Below, one piece after another: positions 12,341 to 26,400 of a DNA stretch of 64,000 nucleotides. Positions within the stretch are counted from its first letter, which is position 1. The number at the start of each line of letters is the position of its first letter. A program made the translations under genes and the position numbers. The notes beneath the pieces are model-generated. The model did not search any database, was not told the origin of the DNA, and worked only from the letters and a program-made list of their open reading frames with translations. The stretch spans positions 6,758,001 to 6,822,000 of the forward strand of contig CM102287.1 in NCBI GenBank assembly GCA_046563655.1, read 5' to 3'. Source of the stretch: Yuukianura sp. NJ FZ-2021 (lineage: Eukaryota).

Positions 12341-14504
12341 TTCTGAAAGATTTTGGCTGTGTCATTTTTAAAATTGAAACTTAACACAGTGGGACAATTT
12401 TTGTTTTTCTTTGAACCGTAACTTGATTTTGACTGTTGATAATTTTATGACTTTCAAAAAGTCATGGAAAATTATATCATTCAGTTATGTTTGGGAAAGC
12501 ATAAGACTCATTAAGATCTCTGCCCTTTGACCTCTCATTGGTTGAAGTGAGTCATAAAACTTGAAATTGTCTAATCAGCTATGACGATGGGAAGATGAAA
12601 CACGAGACTCAAATTGGGTTGTTAAAAATTTATGGCTTGAAAAAATAGGAAATCCTTTGGAAATTTTTAATTATGACTTTTATAATTTATTTTCAGACGT
12701 AGTTGAATAAAATAGAGAAGCTTTACTGTACGAGGGAAAGTTTGTGGAGTGAGAGGCTTGTAAAAAGTTGCATTTGAAACCGTGCTTAATTTTGGAATTC
12801 ATTTTTATTCTCCCTGGAAAACTACTAATTTTCCAAATTAAACTTTTATGACTACGCAGCTATAAACGGCGACAGGAATTAGGCCCATTATCATTCCAAA
12901 GACAAATATACATTTGCTGATGAAAATGAAATTATGACTAAACAAAATTTATTATACACGGAAAAAGTTACAAATAATATTTGTCCAATTTTTGTGGACT
13001 CGCCAAAAAAATGCACAACTGCAGCAGAATGTGAATTTAGGTACAGTGAATTACCGATCGGTAAACCGAACATAAACTCACATTTTTCTATTTCGTACGA
13101 ATCGAAAGAAGTGAAAACTTCATTAATTTTAGCCCTAGAAAAGGAGATGGAGCGGAAAAAACTTTCACCCTCAAAAAGATTTCTTTTTCTGTCCACAGTC
13201 CACAAACTTACTTCGTCCAACATTTTTTTCCAAGTCACTGTAGAAAACTTTCCCCTCTAATCAATTAGAGTTAAGAAAAAAGTTTCTACGATTGGTTAAT
13301 TTCAAACCAAACTTTTTCTGAAAAAGAGTCCTTGAAATGAGATACTCATCAAGCTTACCTAAGCTTGTGGTCACGCGTTTCAAATGAACTTGAACTTTAA
13401 ACTTTTACCAAACAAAAAGTTACAAACAGGATTTAAAAAAAAAAACTTTAATTTAAAAAAACGCTGAAGCCTCTATAAAGTTCAACAACAAATTCTCCAG
13501 CGCTTGTTTCATTTCATTTTAAATTTCAACAAAAATGTTTATGAAATCCAAACCACACGGAGTAATTGGAGGACATTGAACTTCAAAAAAAAGTACTGAA
13601 TTTTTGAAAATAAAAGAAAGAAACAGGAAAGCTCCTGCAGCTTTCATTTTAATTTATTGAAACAAGTGCTGGAGGAGTTCTTAGTATCTGAAAATCGTGC
13701 TGATGTTTCCTAGAAATTAAAGAAAAAGACAAACCACGACTGTTAAACTCCCAATGAATTTTCTAGATCAAGAGATACAAACAGAGCCATTTCCAAAGCA
13801 TTCAACCAACTTCTCAAAAACTTGAATTCATCTTCACCAGGAGATTCAAAGTGCCTCTGGAGAGCCCACTTGAGCAACAAAAACAATGGACCTCAACATG
13901 CAAAAAGGCGTGACGGAAGATAAAAGTCAAGTATGCTCTTGCTCAAAAACAAATTCTTCCAGCACAATTTCCAACTCCAATCATAAATCGTCCAAGCCCT
14001 TCAAGTGGTGTTAAAAAACTGGAAATTTTTAAAACAAAATAAAAGCTTTCGAGAGTTTCAACATTTAAAACCGAAACAAAATTCCGAATGAGCAAGGGAA
14101 CGAGAACAGAAGTAAAAGATTGTTAGAATTTCATAACTTTTGAACGAATTTGAACAAAACTTCGAAAGTTTAAAAAAGCTGAACATCGCGTGATTTGTTT
14201 AAATTAAGTAATACAAATTGTATAAATTAAGTTCACAATTTGCCTTTAGGGAATTTTGAAATTACATAACAGTTTCGTTTTTGAATATTCGAAAGTAAGT
14301 AACAAGTTCCAAGTTTTTTTTGCAACTTGAAATTGAAGTAACGAGCCACACGCACGTACAATTCTTAAGATGACAACTTCCAAATGATTTACATCCCTTC
14401 CAGAACTTTTTTGGCACGTAAAACTGTTGCATAATTTTTTTCCTAACGTACTTTTACAACGTCTGATTTCTCGCATGCAATGTTAAGCTTGTGTTCATTT
14501 GTTT

Positions 14505-17433
14505 CGCCTGATTTTGGAGGCGTAGCGACTTCAGCAACAAATGATGAGAGCACGACACTTTGCTTGACATCGAGACTTTATCACTTTTCATTTTTGACTT
14601 AAAAACCAACGCCTTTTTATACATACGTTTTAACTCAAATGTCAACACAGACAAGTCAATCCATTTTCAACACGCCATTTATCCACATCAACATATTTCA
14701 AAACGACTTCATAAGATGATTCCATATTCTTAGGTACGCATGGGAAAAATGACATGTACAATTTAAAGTTTTGACAAAAATGAGGAGAATGAGGTCGCAG
14801 GATTCTGAATATTGATGTGATGGCTTTGGTTCTTGGCAAGAAGAAAGTTGAAAATTGAGCTAAAATTGCAAAATTTCCTTTCAGCTTTTCGCAATTAATT
14901 TTTAACCAACTTTTCTTTTCCCTCCACAAATTTCCTTTACCTCAGCACTGCTTTTGTGGCTCGCTTGAGTAGAATTTGAAATGAGTACATTTTGGGTAAA
15001 ATTTTGGACGCTTTAGTTGTATTTTGCGTATGTACCGAAGAGAAACTTATTGCCATTGGACTGGCGTGAATTATTAATCCCCCTTCAGTTCCTGCTTTAA
15101 TTACATTTTGTTTCCTCAGAAGGAGCACGGGAGAAAGCTGCAGAAAGCAAGAATTTCTTGCTTGCCAGTATTGCCACAATTACGTACTAAAGTGATTTTT
15201 AGCGCCAAAAATAACAACCCTGGCAAGAAAGTTCAACGTATGTTTTCAAATGTTTTTAATTGCGTTTAACGCTAAAGCCAAATTCTAAGAGCTCAGTTGG
15301 AGGTTACAGGCTATGCTTACTTTATGATAAAGATTTGAATGACCTTGAGTTACGCTTGGACCCCATCAGTATCCCAACTCTCAAAGCATTTCCCCAGGGT
15401 ATTCAAATGATTTTAAATAGTAATTAATCACTAGGTGTTTCTGACTTACAACTGGAAAACTACTATTTACTACAACAAAGTTAACGCGATTGTCGTGAGC
15501 CTGACTCGCGTGACCCAGTTTATGCCGGCGTTTAAAATACACTTGACACACTATGTCTACTGACATGTTTACAGAAATTCTGTATTCTGGGCGTAAATTA
15601 AGGAACAAGGAAACTGAAACAATAAAACTGTCACATCAGGAAATTATGTCCATGAGAATTACTCATATTCTGAGGTACGGAGGATTCATTCTGCAAAATT
15701 CAAAAAACATTTGCAAAGAAATCACTTACTTAGTCAACAGAAAAATATTTCAATTTCTATACGCCGAGACGTTTTTGTTTCAAACATGATTTTATTACAC
15801 AAATTCTTGTGAATTCTTCATTTGATCGAAGAAGTTTCTATATTTTAAACTTACGGGAAGGAAAGGACTTAATTTGAAATGGCAAAATGTTCAATAACTT
15901 CTCTTTTCTGCAATCACGTAGAAATCGTAAAACTCCTGTAGAAAACATGAGTGCCCGAATAAAGGAATTCATGAATTGCAAAGTGAAAGCAAAAGAAAGA
16001 TCGGAGGAATTCAATCTGGGAAAATAAATAACAACGAAACCATCTGCGGCATCAGTCAATAAATGGCCGCATTCTGCAGCTTCCGTTTCACTTTTCATTC
16101 ACTTTTACTGCCTTTTTCTTTGAATTCTTTGTTGTGAGACGCTTATTTTGAAATATCCCAATTTTTTAGTTGTTTGGTCGATTGAATTTCAAAGCTTCAG
16201 TTGAGGACTAGAATGGCAACAGTGCGAGTAAGAAGCAGTTTGTTGCTTCACTGGCCTCATTTTCATGGACTTCACAACAGAACGATTGTTCAAAATGATC
16301 CTCATGTTTCACCTATGTTGAAGGCCTTAAGTATAAACCGTAAGTTAACAATGTGGATTCACATTGTATTTGTGGATTGTTGGGATTTCCTTGGTGTTCC
16401 CCTCAACCTCGTTCAACACCGAAATCACTTCGGAAACCAAAAGGAAGCCGAGGTTCCAGCCACTTCCATTCCAAGTCAGCAACTTCCTCGGTTGCTCTCG
16501 TGTTCAATTTGGTTTTGAAATGTTCCTGAGGATCGCAATTTAGAAATTGTTTATGCCTCTACTTCGGTGGAAGTAAAAATAGGGAGATTGTGGAGGGAGA
16601 TCAAGGGCTCCTCACAATGGCCCTTGGATCTTGCGGGATGAAAAGTGTTTGAGAATAGCCGAGGTGTGAGGCCTTCCAGAACCTTGGAAGTGGGTCCTTT
16701 GTGCTTCTTGAATGTTTTGATGTTCTTCAGCGGTGGTACAGTCAAAGCAAAAAGAATTCTTTTGTTGCTGGAGAAAGAATAGTTTCTTTTGATTTCGAAT
16801 CTTCCGATATGCAGAATCCAACAGAAACATCGGAAGCAGTCTGAATAGAATTTCAGAAAAAAACTCCTTGTTCTTGACCTTTGGAAATTATTGACTTAAC
16901 CTTTGTTAATAATAAATTGACCAATTTCAGCTGAAATTACAATGCTTTAAATTCGTGTCTTCCTGATTACCGCTCTATTTGATTATTCAATTTCGATCGA
17001 TTTCCAATGCATTTCCTTCTGCGGAGTGTCAATTGGACAAGGCAAGACTGTCTCCACAACCTTTGCTATCATTGGCCAACGTCCTACCCTTCACGTTTGA
17101 CAGGAAGAATAAATTGATTGATGGCATTTGATTTCTTCAGAGACAATATTGACCCGCATAGTTAGTTGAAGGTCAAATGGAAATTGCCGAAAAAAATATC
17201 ATTCGTAGCGGTGAAAGTGTCCTTTTAAATTGACTCTGTTGAATAATTGATCAAGGTCCAACGGTACCTGCCACAATGTCCGTCCATCCTACCTGTTCGT
17301 GGCCACTGAATCTTTGATTGTCTCGTTGACTTTGACCTTTCATGAGGTCACCTTGGGCCAACTGACCTTCTACCAATCATTTTCAATTGCTCAATTCCAA
17401 TGTGATTCTTCATTTCCCACTTTCTGTCTGCAT
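14505..17433 (-). repeat. Inverted copy B'+A' of 1-1926 and 5100-5955
   Basis: A largely contiguous reverse-complement match. The ~3.2 kb between A and B has no visible counterpart here. Confidence 0.9.
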
Positions 17434-20400
17434 GATCCAATCGATTAATCAATTGTTTTAGCAAGGGAGAGACTCGGCATGACTCAAAAGTGATCGTAAC
17501 AAGGTACGCACACACTTCGGGGGGCACTTCCACCCCCAGGAGGGAGGGGTACTTGGATCATGAAGTTGCCCGTGGAGATGGCGGATGAAGTTCCCACGGG
17601 GAGAGTCGCACCATTTCCAAAATCCAAAAGCGTTTCTTCCCACTTGAGAACAGAAGAAGGATGTGATTAATTTCGATTCAAAAAATCCCACTGACATGAA
17701 TCTCCCCTTTAGTCTTTGTGATTCCGATTTAGGCAATGGGGCTTGTTTTCTTTGTGCTCAGAACCAATTTGTTCGGGGAATTTTGCAATTGAATTGAAAG
17801 GCAGATTGACGGTTTGTTTTGAGTTGTCAATCTGAATACATCGTGTACATTAACTAAAGTTTCAATCAATCAAATGGTCAATTTGGTAAAGAAATTCCCA
17901 ACTTTGTCCAATTATTTCAAGGCTTTGTTGATAGTACAAGATTGTATGTGCATAGTATTTCAGAAGTAAAAAAAATCCGAAGAGTGAAAGTTGTGCAAAC
18001 GACAAATGGATCGACCAAGTTCATTTTCACATCCTCAGCTCCTTTCTCAAGGAAACCTGTGTCTCAATCTTTGTCTCTTTTGAATATGCTTGATGTCTTT
18101 AAAGCCCAATTTATACTTTTCGTGTCCCTGGCGTTTCCTAGGCAAAAGTTTGTCGTAGACGTCTATAACAACCGAATTTTAAATACAAACGTCATGAAGT
18201 TTTCGTTAAAATCGTGTCCTACGACCTAACCTAAGGAGTATTCTATTTACCTTGTCCTACGACAAACTTTTGCCCGGGAAACGCCAGGGAAACGGAAAGT
18301 ATAAATTGGGCTTAAGAGTTATATGAGTGATGTGCAGACACAATGCAAATATTTTGGCAGAGTGTGAAGAAACTGTGCAAAACATGGAGGATATATATGA
18401 TGGCGATGTGGATTCTGGAGGTGATTGGTGGGAATTATGGGGGCGGGGAGCGAGTTTCACGGAAATGACTTTTTCCTGGAGTCCACAGCGTGGGGTAAAA
18501 CTGTGGGCATAAAAATGTCACCGTTCCTTTCTAGCCTGAGGACAAGGAAGCTGGAACTTTGCCGCTGGTCTCCCGTGTCGGACGAAACGACACTGACAAA
18601 TCACATACCATTTTCCAAGGTGCAAACGTTTCTCATACATACGTCGGAGTGAAAAACGTGCCAGTGACACATGAGATTGTAAAAATCAAAGATGACAAGG
18701 TGCAGAAAAAAAATGTGATGAATTTTGGGTCGTCAAATTTTCTGTTGTTGTAAGTTTGTTTTGATTTTAAACTGTCAGGATAGAACTTCGAAGTGTTTGT
18801 TTTCAAACTTGGTTGAGATGAAGAGAAAGTTGTAAAGAACCGCGAAAGATCTGCGACAGGTAAAAGATAGCGGAACAATGGAAACAGTTTTTGTTTTCAT
18901 TGTTTTAGTCCCATGTGCATTGTAAACATGGTTTGTGTCCCAGTGTCTTTTGTTGTTTTCGCTGCAAAGCGATCAGTTCCACCAACGGTTAAGCTTTGTC
19001 CCACCAGAATGAAAATGTCATCCACTCATAATTCACTCTGGACTCTTCTGGAAGGGAGTTTGGAATGGGATTCTAATGTTGGATTCTAAAATGGCACTTT
19101 TTCCATTGTGCGATCCAGTGTGTGTATTTTACATGTAAAGTGACCAGTTTTCTATTTTAGGCTAACCCACAGCAGTGTGTGTTTCTTGTGGAAGAATGCT
19201 TCGTTCGGTGGGTTTTTGGTGGTTTGATTCCCGTGGGTTTTGCCCCACTTTCTTCCAAAGGCAAATGAGATTTGGCAGTCATGCGGAGCCTTCGGAGGGC
19301 GCAAAGGGCCATCAAATTTTTCATGGACTTTGTAAATGACCTCAACTTGAAGCCACTTCCAACTTTGAAGTTTCAACCTTCTTCTGAATTTGTGGTGTCT
19401 TTCCATTGCGTATTTTTGTTAACCCTTGTCGTGGTGGGGGATTTTTTTTGTGAAAATGATGAGGGGTGAAGTGCTTAACCAAATGCACAGGGAAGGAGTT
19501 ACATTATTTCCTTGACTTCTAGTGTGACCTGTGTGCCCTCGTGTTCTGATGGGGTGACTGCAGAGATTGAATCTAACTTTCTCCTGACTTTCCCTCGTGT
19601 CACATGACACATGACACGACATAACTCACATCACTCTCCCTCACCTACGCTGCATGGGGAGGAAAGTTAAATCTAACTTTTTGAAGTGAATTTTGAAATG
19701 AGTATCAAAATAACTTTGTGGAATTGAGAAATGGAATGACATCCATAATGTCACATACTGCACTTTCTGATGCAATTCTGATTATTCCAACGAAAAGGAG
19801 AAAAATGCTGTCCCGGGAGTACTTGAAATTGAAGTTCTAGAAATTGTCAGCAAAGCTATTCCTATTACCATAAATTTTAAATGTTGAATCATCTCTATCG
19901 AGTTCAATATGGCAGCTAGTTTTCAATTTTTTTTCTAATTTTACTACGGTGAGGGTTGCAAATCATACAGAGTACACCATTTGTGTTGGCAATTAGAGTT
20001 GCCAGCGTGCTTTATATTTTTGAACAGAACATCGAAATTTTTCATTTTTTCTTCCTCCAAAATTTTTTCTTGGCATTTTTAACGAGAATTATCTAAAGAA
20101 ATGAAGGTGACAGTTTTGACGCCTGGAAGACAAGAGGGCCCTTGACAACATTCGAACTGCGAGAGAGGTGTGACTTGGACTTTTTAATCACAAGATCTGG
20201 AAGATTCCTTCAGTTCCCACTGTCTCTTGCCTCATTTTGTCCCACACTCGAAAGGCACAAAGTCACAATTAGCATCACACGATCTCTTGTTCTTCGTTAC
20301 ACCCCAACTGTCCCCTGTCAGAACCACATTCAGAATTTCAAAAATAAAAAACACAATTTCAATTTTTCCAAACCCAATTCTTTTGAATGCAGATGAAATC

Positions 20401-23400
20401 TCGTCCTGCAACTACCAAACCTCCATTCTGTTCCTCCTCATTAGCCACTCCTGCGGAAGTGTTTCATTTGAAATCCTATTGAGCCCTTTGGAACCCTCAA
20501 GGACCAGTTCAGAATGTCACCAATTGTGAGTCTAAGGGTCCTTTGTCCAAAGTGGCAGCATTGCATTCATCCCGCAGTTCAATTGGCTACGATCTTTTGA
20601 ATTCAATTAAAATCCAATGAATTACTCTTTACAAAGTACTTTCCCAGAGGGGTCCAAGGGCCCACCCCTTTCTCGATTGACAATTGTAACCATTTTACAT
20701 AGCATTTGTGGCATGCTACAAAGCATTCTGTGACCAATTCATGTGACATCCTCTACAGCCACATGCTTCTTCAAAACTATTTTGAAAGTGAATCACACAA
20801 ATCAATTCACTTTCCAATTGGATAAACGCTGATTTTATTTGTTTCAAAATGGAATGTTTAAAAATAGTTTTTTTTTAAACTTGTGTTTGTATGAACACTG
20901 GTGAGTGGGCAGTGTAGCCAAAATAGACAAAATGCCAGGCACGCTTTTCGTAGGCGCGTTGAATGTCGCTTGTATTGATCCGCTTTCCTTGAATTCAAAA
21001 TTACGTAAACACTTTTCTAATTTTGGGCTTGGACTTTGTTTGGACTCGTCAAAAATTTAGAAAGTGAATGACGGAGGTGGAGGGCATTTTACCATTATTT
21101 TTGCCTCGTGCTGAGAATGTTGTGGGATTTTTGAATGGTTGATGACGTCAAATACCCGTGTCACTCTGTTAACCTTTCCAACATTATTGACAATCGTCGC
21201 AAAAATATTTTTCTGACGTATTCGGTTGGTAAATGTCAACACGTTTGTTGATTGAACATTCAAAACACAACGACATCAACATTGCTAAAAATCAATCGAC
21301 AATTTGCTCAATTCTCACTAAAATTTCAACTTTTTTTCTATTTAGGTGATGCAAAGTTATTTCATGTCGTGTATTGAATCTGCATGTTCTGACTGTTGTT
21401 TCACAAATTGTTGGTCTCTAGGGATCCATTTTTCAGTGGTTGGTGCCTCTGCGTTGAAGGGAGGAAATTGAATGTCGAATGGTTGAATGCTGTCATCAGA
21501 GAGGCTGGGGATGGTGGTGGGCTTTAGATTTTTTCGGAGAGAGAAAGCGGGTATCTTTGAGATCTTCGTTTTCAACCCTCTCGGAATTCCCCGAAATACC
21601 CGCATTCTTCCTTCTTCTGCGTACTGAGCTTTCGAGTGTCTTTTCAGTTTGTGAGATTTGTGTTGGAAGAAGAGGGAGTTGGTTGAGATCTTTATGGAAT
21701 TCTTGTAGACGAAGTCAAGCGGAAGAAGGGAGAAACAAGATTAGGAACAAGGGTTGAAAAATAGTGAAACCATTTCTTATGCTAAAAATGCTAACGTAAA
21801 CTGGTGGATTTGTCGATGCTGTCCATTTCCAGTACTCTACAAAACTTGTTTCGTTTTTAATCTCTACCTCCAAAGTAGAGAACACTTAAATTCCACCTTG
21901 TCATTGTTTCAATTTAAGGCTATCACGACTCCAGTGCCTTATGGATTTGCATTACTCGAGACTTTTAGAAAAACTGCCTGATTGAAAACAAATCCCGTGT
22001 TCTGGAAGGGTTCTTGTCAAAGGCTTCGTTCATCACGGACTCCAACCCGGTTTGACAGGACGCAAAGGGTCCCCTAGTCCGTTGGACATTCTGGCATCGA
22101 AGCACGAAAAGACTGGAACTGAATCCTAGGGTGGTTTCCCTCTCAAAGTTAATTCGGTCCAACGCGTTGTGCATCCAAAGACGCTTAAGATTCTTCAAAT
22201 CTAATCCTGTTGAATTGTATTCGTTGTTTTATCCTGACTGTTTTCTAATCGCTTTCACCTCCTCTTTCACCTTTCGAAGACGTAGCGTAGGGACTGCGTA
22301 CCAATTTGGAATGCTTAAGTTCTGACTAGTTTAGCTTTGGTGCGTTAAGGTGTGTGATTTGTGTGTCCTATGAGTGCTTATCTGCCGGAGTAGAAGTGTT
22401 TTCTTGTAGACGCTGGTGATGAAATGATGCAATTGGCAATTGGCCATTTTGGTGCAAATTTGAGTCTGAGGGTACCTAAAGCTGTGACATGGGGGACATT
22501 AGTAGTGGGATCTCGAAGCACTTGAAGGATTTACACATCCAAATTCTGAGGATCATGATAAAGAACAGAGTCCATTTCAAGGAGCCATTACGCCAAGACG
22601 TGGTTGGAGTCGCTTAGCAGCTAAGCTTAACTTTCACCTCAAGTCTCCAACACTGACTTCATTTTCGCCCACTCCTAGCTGATTCAAAAAATTAGGCAAA
22701 AAAAATGCTCAAACTCATGTTTTGAAAAATTCTAGGTGCAGAGCAATGGTGACCTCTGACCAGGTGAATGACCTGGGTCATTTGGTTTTAAAACTTTCCT
22801 TTAAAAGGAGAGATGTTAAGCCTAATGGATCCAGAATCTTTGTGTCTCCTGATGTAATGATGATCATTACCATTCCAGTCCTCATCTCCTCTGAGATCTT
22901 TCTTTTAGCCACATTACGTGCCTCTCTCAATCTCCCTTCACTTCCATTGTCTTAATTTTCATCTTCTCATCGTCGTCCTTTTCCAAAGTGTAATTTTCAT
23001 TCCTGAGTAGTTGAGCTTAAAAGCCTAGGCACTCCAACACTCCTTTCAAAAAGATCTTGTTTTTGTGTGTCTCTCGTGAGATGTTGAGCAGACCGAGTCA
23101 TAAGCTGATTAATTCAAGCCATTTAGATCTAGTTGACGAGGAGGCGTGTAAAGGTCTTAAGTGGAAGAAAAGCCGCTTCGGAGGCAGTCATAGTAGGTAG
23201 GTCTGGCAATTCCAAATGTCAGGTGAATCAGAAAACACCAGAAATCATCATGACTCACCTTCTTTTGTAGTTTGAAAACATGTCTTAAGAACTATTCTTT
23301 AAGTAAATTTTTTACAGGACAACCTAACTTTCCTAATTTTCCTAAACGTAACAACCATAACCTAACCTGGAAGCTATGCTGAACTTCTGGTGTCTTCAAA

Positions 23401-26400
23401 AAGAAAAGATGCACCAGAATTAAGTTGGGGCATCTTCAAGGTTAAGGTAAAGCCGAGACATTTCCGAGAGGAAAGCATGCAACTGAAGGGATGAAACGCT
23501 ACAAGTTCCTTTTCGGAAATTGAACTTTCCCCCGCTTTTTCAAAAGAAACCGCGGAGAAAGCGGGGGAGAGCTGCAGGCTTTGGTGAAGTAATTAATCTT
23601 TTCTTTTCCACATTAGGAGACAGAGGGGGAAGACAACTGTCTTCCCGCATCTCTGGGATTAATCGATTCATCATTCCACTTGAATCTCTATCTCTCTAGA
23701 TGTCAGTTCCTCTTCATGTCATGGTCATCCGAACTCCAATGGTCACCATCACTCTTTAAGGTGAAGGTCAATGGTCGTTGCATCTTGGTTTCAGTTTAAA
23801 AATACCGAATTCATTGTACACTCCGATTAGAAAAAAGAACGAATTCCAAAATTCCAGAAAAAATGAATAATCCAATTTCGCAAATTCGACGCTCTATTTT
23901 TAAAAAATGTTATGAAATTTTGCGGAACAGAAACAAGTAGTACTTCTATTAGTAGTGAATTGAAGCACTATTAAGGGTTCGTTGAGGTTTGCACACATGT
24001 AAATTGTGTTTTTGTTGGTTGTAAAGACCAAGCTGTGTTAGCGGAGACTGAAAACAAAGAGGCATAGCTTACGACGCCATTGAAGTGCGGGAAATTTCGA
24101 TCTGTTTGAATTCAAATTGGAGTGGTGTGCTCTACGCACAGGGAAAATAATAATACACAAAAGCTTAGGCTTTGTAGAGGGAGAATTCATGAATGAATGG
24201 ACCGATAAAGACTTGAATGGCTTTCACTGGATTACTAGCCCTTAAACAATATTCCCCTCCATCATCATACAATTCACTTTCACTCTGCTAGTTTACTTGT
24301 ACTTCAACTGGGAAACGTACTTGGTTTAGTTTAGGTTAGGTTGTATGATGGTACAACTACAGTTAGTAGACGTAGTAATTTCAAAACCAAATGAACACGC
24401 AATCCTACCACTAACGACAGAAATCAAATTCAATTTGATTTGGTAACAATGGACTTTACACTTCTCCTAATGCCAAATTCCTAAAATCAATAACAAGCAG
24501 AAGGGGGAAAGTGGGACTCATCAATTGCCTTCACAGAGACACAATAGCTTTGAATTTTTTTTCTGGACAAGGAGAGTGATCATTTTAGGAAATCGGAAAA
24601 AAAAACTTTAAAAAATCTCGTTAAAAAATTGAACATTTGAAGTACCGAAGTATTGTCGGCACATAAATGTCCAGACATTTTCTCTGTCCCGGGTTTCATA
24701 ACAAAAATTTTGGGTCTCAAACGTACTTTCCTTTCTGAATTTCTTAATTCGCCCCTAATTCTCAAAATTTCCACTTATAAAGTAAAACTACAAAGCTCAT
24801 TCATCATTTTAGCAGGTTTCTCCACAGAACCTCGCTTTTTCAAAGATGAATTTCTCAAAGAAAGATTTTTTTTTTGTGAAAATGGAATAATGGAGAGGAA
24901 AACGTTTCTTTTTAGGAACGTGTTTCCATCACTTTTTAAATCCTTCATTAACTTCTTAAAGCTTTTGATTCCTCCGCTGTCTCAATCTAATCTGAACAGA
25001 ATCACAGTAGGATTTTTGTGACCATCGAGCAGTGAACATTGAACAAAAAGTTCATAATTCTCCAAAAAAAAGAAGTCATTTTTCTTCATCAATGGAATGC
25101 CAACTCCCCTAAGTGAAGAGAAAAGCCAGGAGAAAGTGAAGTGTCAGTTGAAAATTAAGCTCCAATCTAATTTCTTAATTGCGGGATTTTAGAATCCCAC
25201 CATCTCAACTTTTCTAAATGAAACTTCCAATCAGGACACTTCTTTAAAAGCTGAACTTTTTTTTATCAGGAAATATAAACTTTGTTTTACTTTTCTAAAA
25301 AGTTAGCCTAATGTAGCCTAATCAGAATTTGGAAACGCTTGGGTGGGCTTGGTGCGTTAAGTTTTAAAACAAAACACGTATAGTATCAACCCGTTCCCTC
25401 AAACGATAAGTCTAAAGGTGGGATAAGATGAAGCAGTTCTTAAGTAAATATTCTTGTTTACGAAAGGGCATTAATAGATTGTCGGCATCACCTGAAAGGC
25501 GCAATTTTTTTCAAAAACGATTCATTTTTGGGAATAAAAAGACAAAATCAAAAATAGTAGTTTTCCCTAAAATTCTTGTTTTCTAAATTTGCCAGAGCAC
25601 CACATTAGGGTTTGATTACAAAGATTTGCGGAAATGAACTTTTGAAGGTTATAAGCTTTTACGAAATAAATCTCACTCAAAAAAAGTATCGTTGATTTTG
25701 GAGTGTTTAGTAAATTACTATGATTATTTTCAAAGTGAAAAAACTGGAGCTGTAGGGGGTGGATTTTTATTTTAGTTTGAAAGTGATCTTGGATTTCTGG
25801 ACAGGTTCATTTCAACTGGATTCCAGTTCCCAAGTGCCCAAGGTTTGAGTTGGACTTCTTCAGTTGAAGTGAGTAATTGCACAAACCAACTGAGGGTTTA
25901 GGTTTCATTTGAACAGAATTCGACCCTCCATTTCCCACCATCTTCCCTGTGCTCCCTCCCCCAATTTCCTTCTTATTCGATTTACCTTACCCGAAGCACA
26001 ATTCCATCAAACTTCGAAGGAACCAGAGGAACTGTGCAATTGAAGCTCCATCCAACTGCAAAATACAATTAACACTCACCCTGTAATTTTCACCTCATTC
26101 GGAAACCAAAAACTAACCTCACAAACACACCCTCGCAGTTAACTCATCTACTGCTCTCTTTTGAAAATGGGAAAATAATTTGTGGTTTAGGTTAATTCTG
26201 GAGGAAGCAGTTGCAGCCTGCTGCGTAAAATGGACTGTAATTGTTAGGTTAATCCAAAGTAAACAAAAGTAGTTTCAAGATTTATGTCTACAGAAATAGA
26301 AGTATTGAGGAATGCGCATGTGCAGCGGCGAAGACACTGGAGAAAGTGGGGAGCATCTGCCTCAATGTTCCAAGTTTAATTAGTTTTCGAATCTCTTTTG

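Noticed and set aside
18327..18753. Two adjacent protein-like ORFs with an acceptor at 18534
   Set aside because: The joining intron would be only ~40 nt and no family is recognisable.
21965..22198. LRR-like peptide LKNLKRLW
   Set aside because: A single short motif with no further repeats or splice structure.
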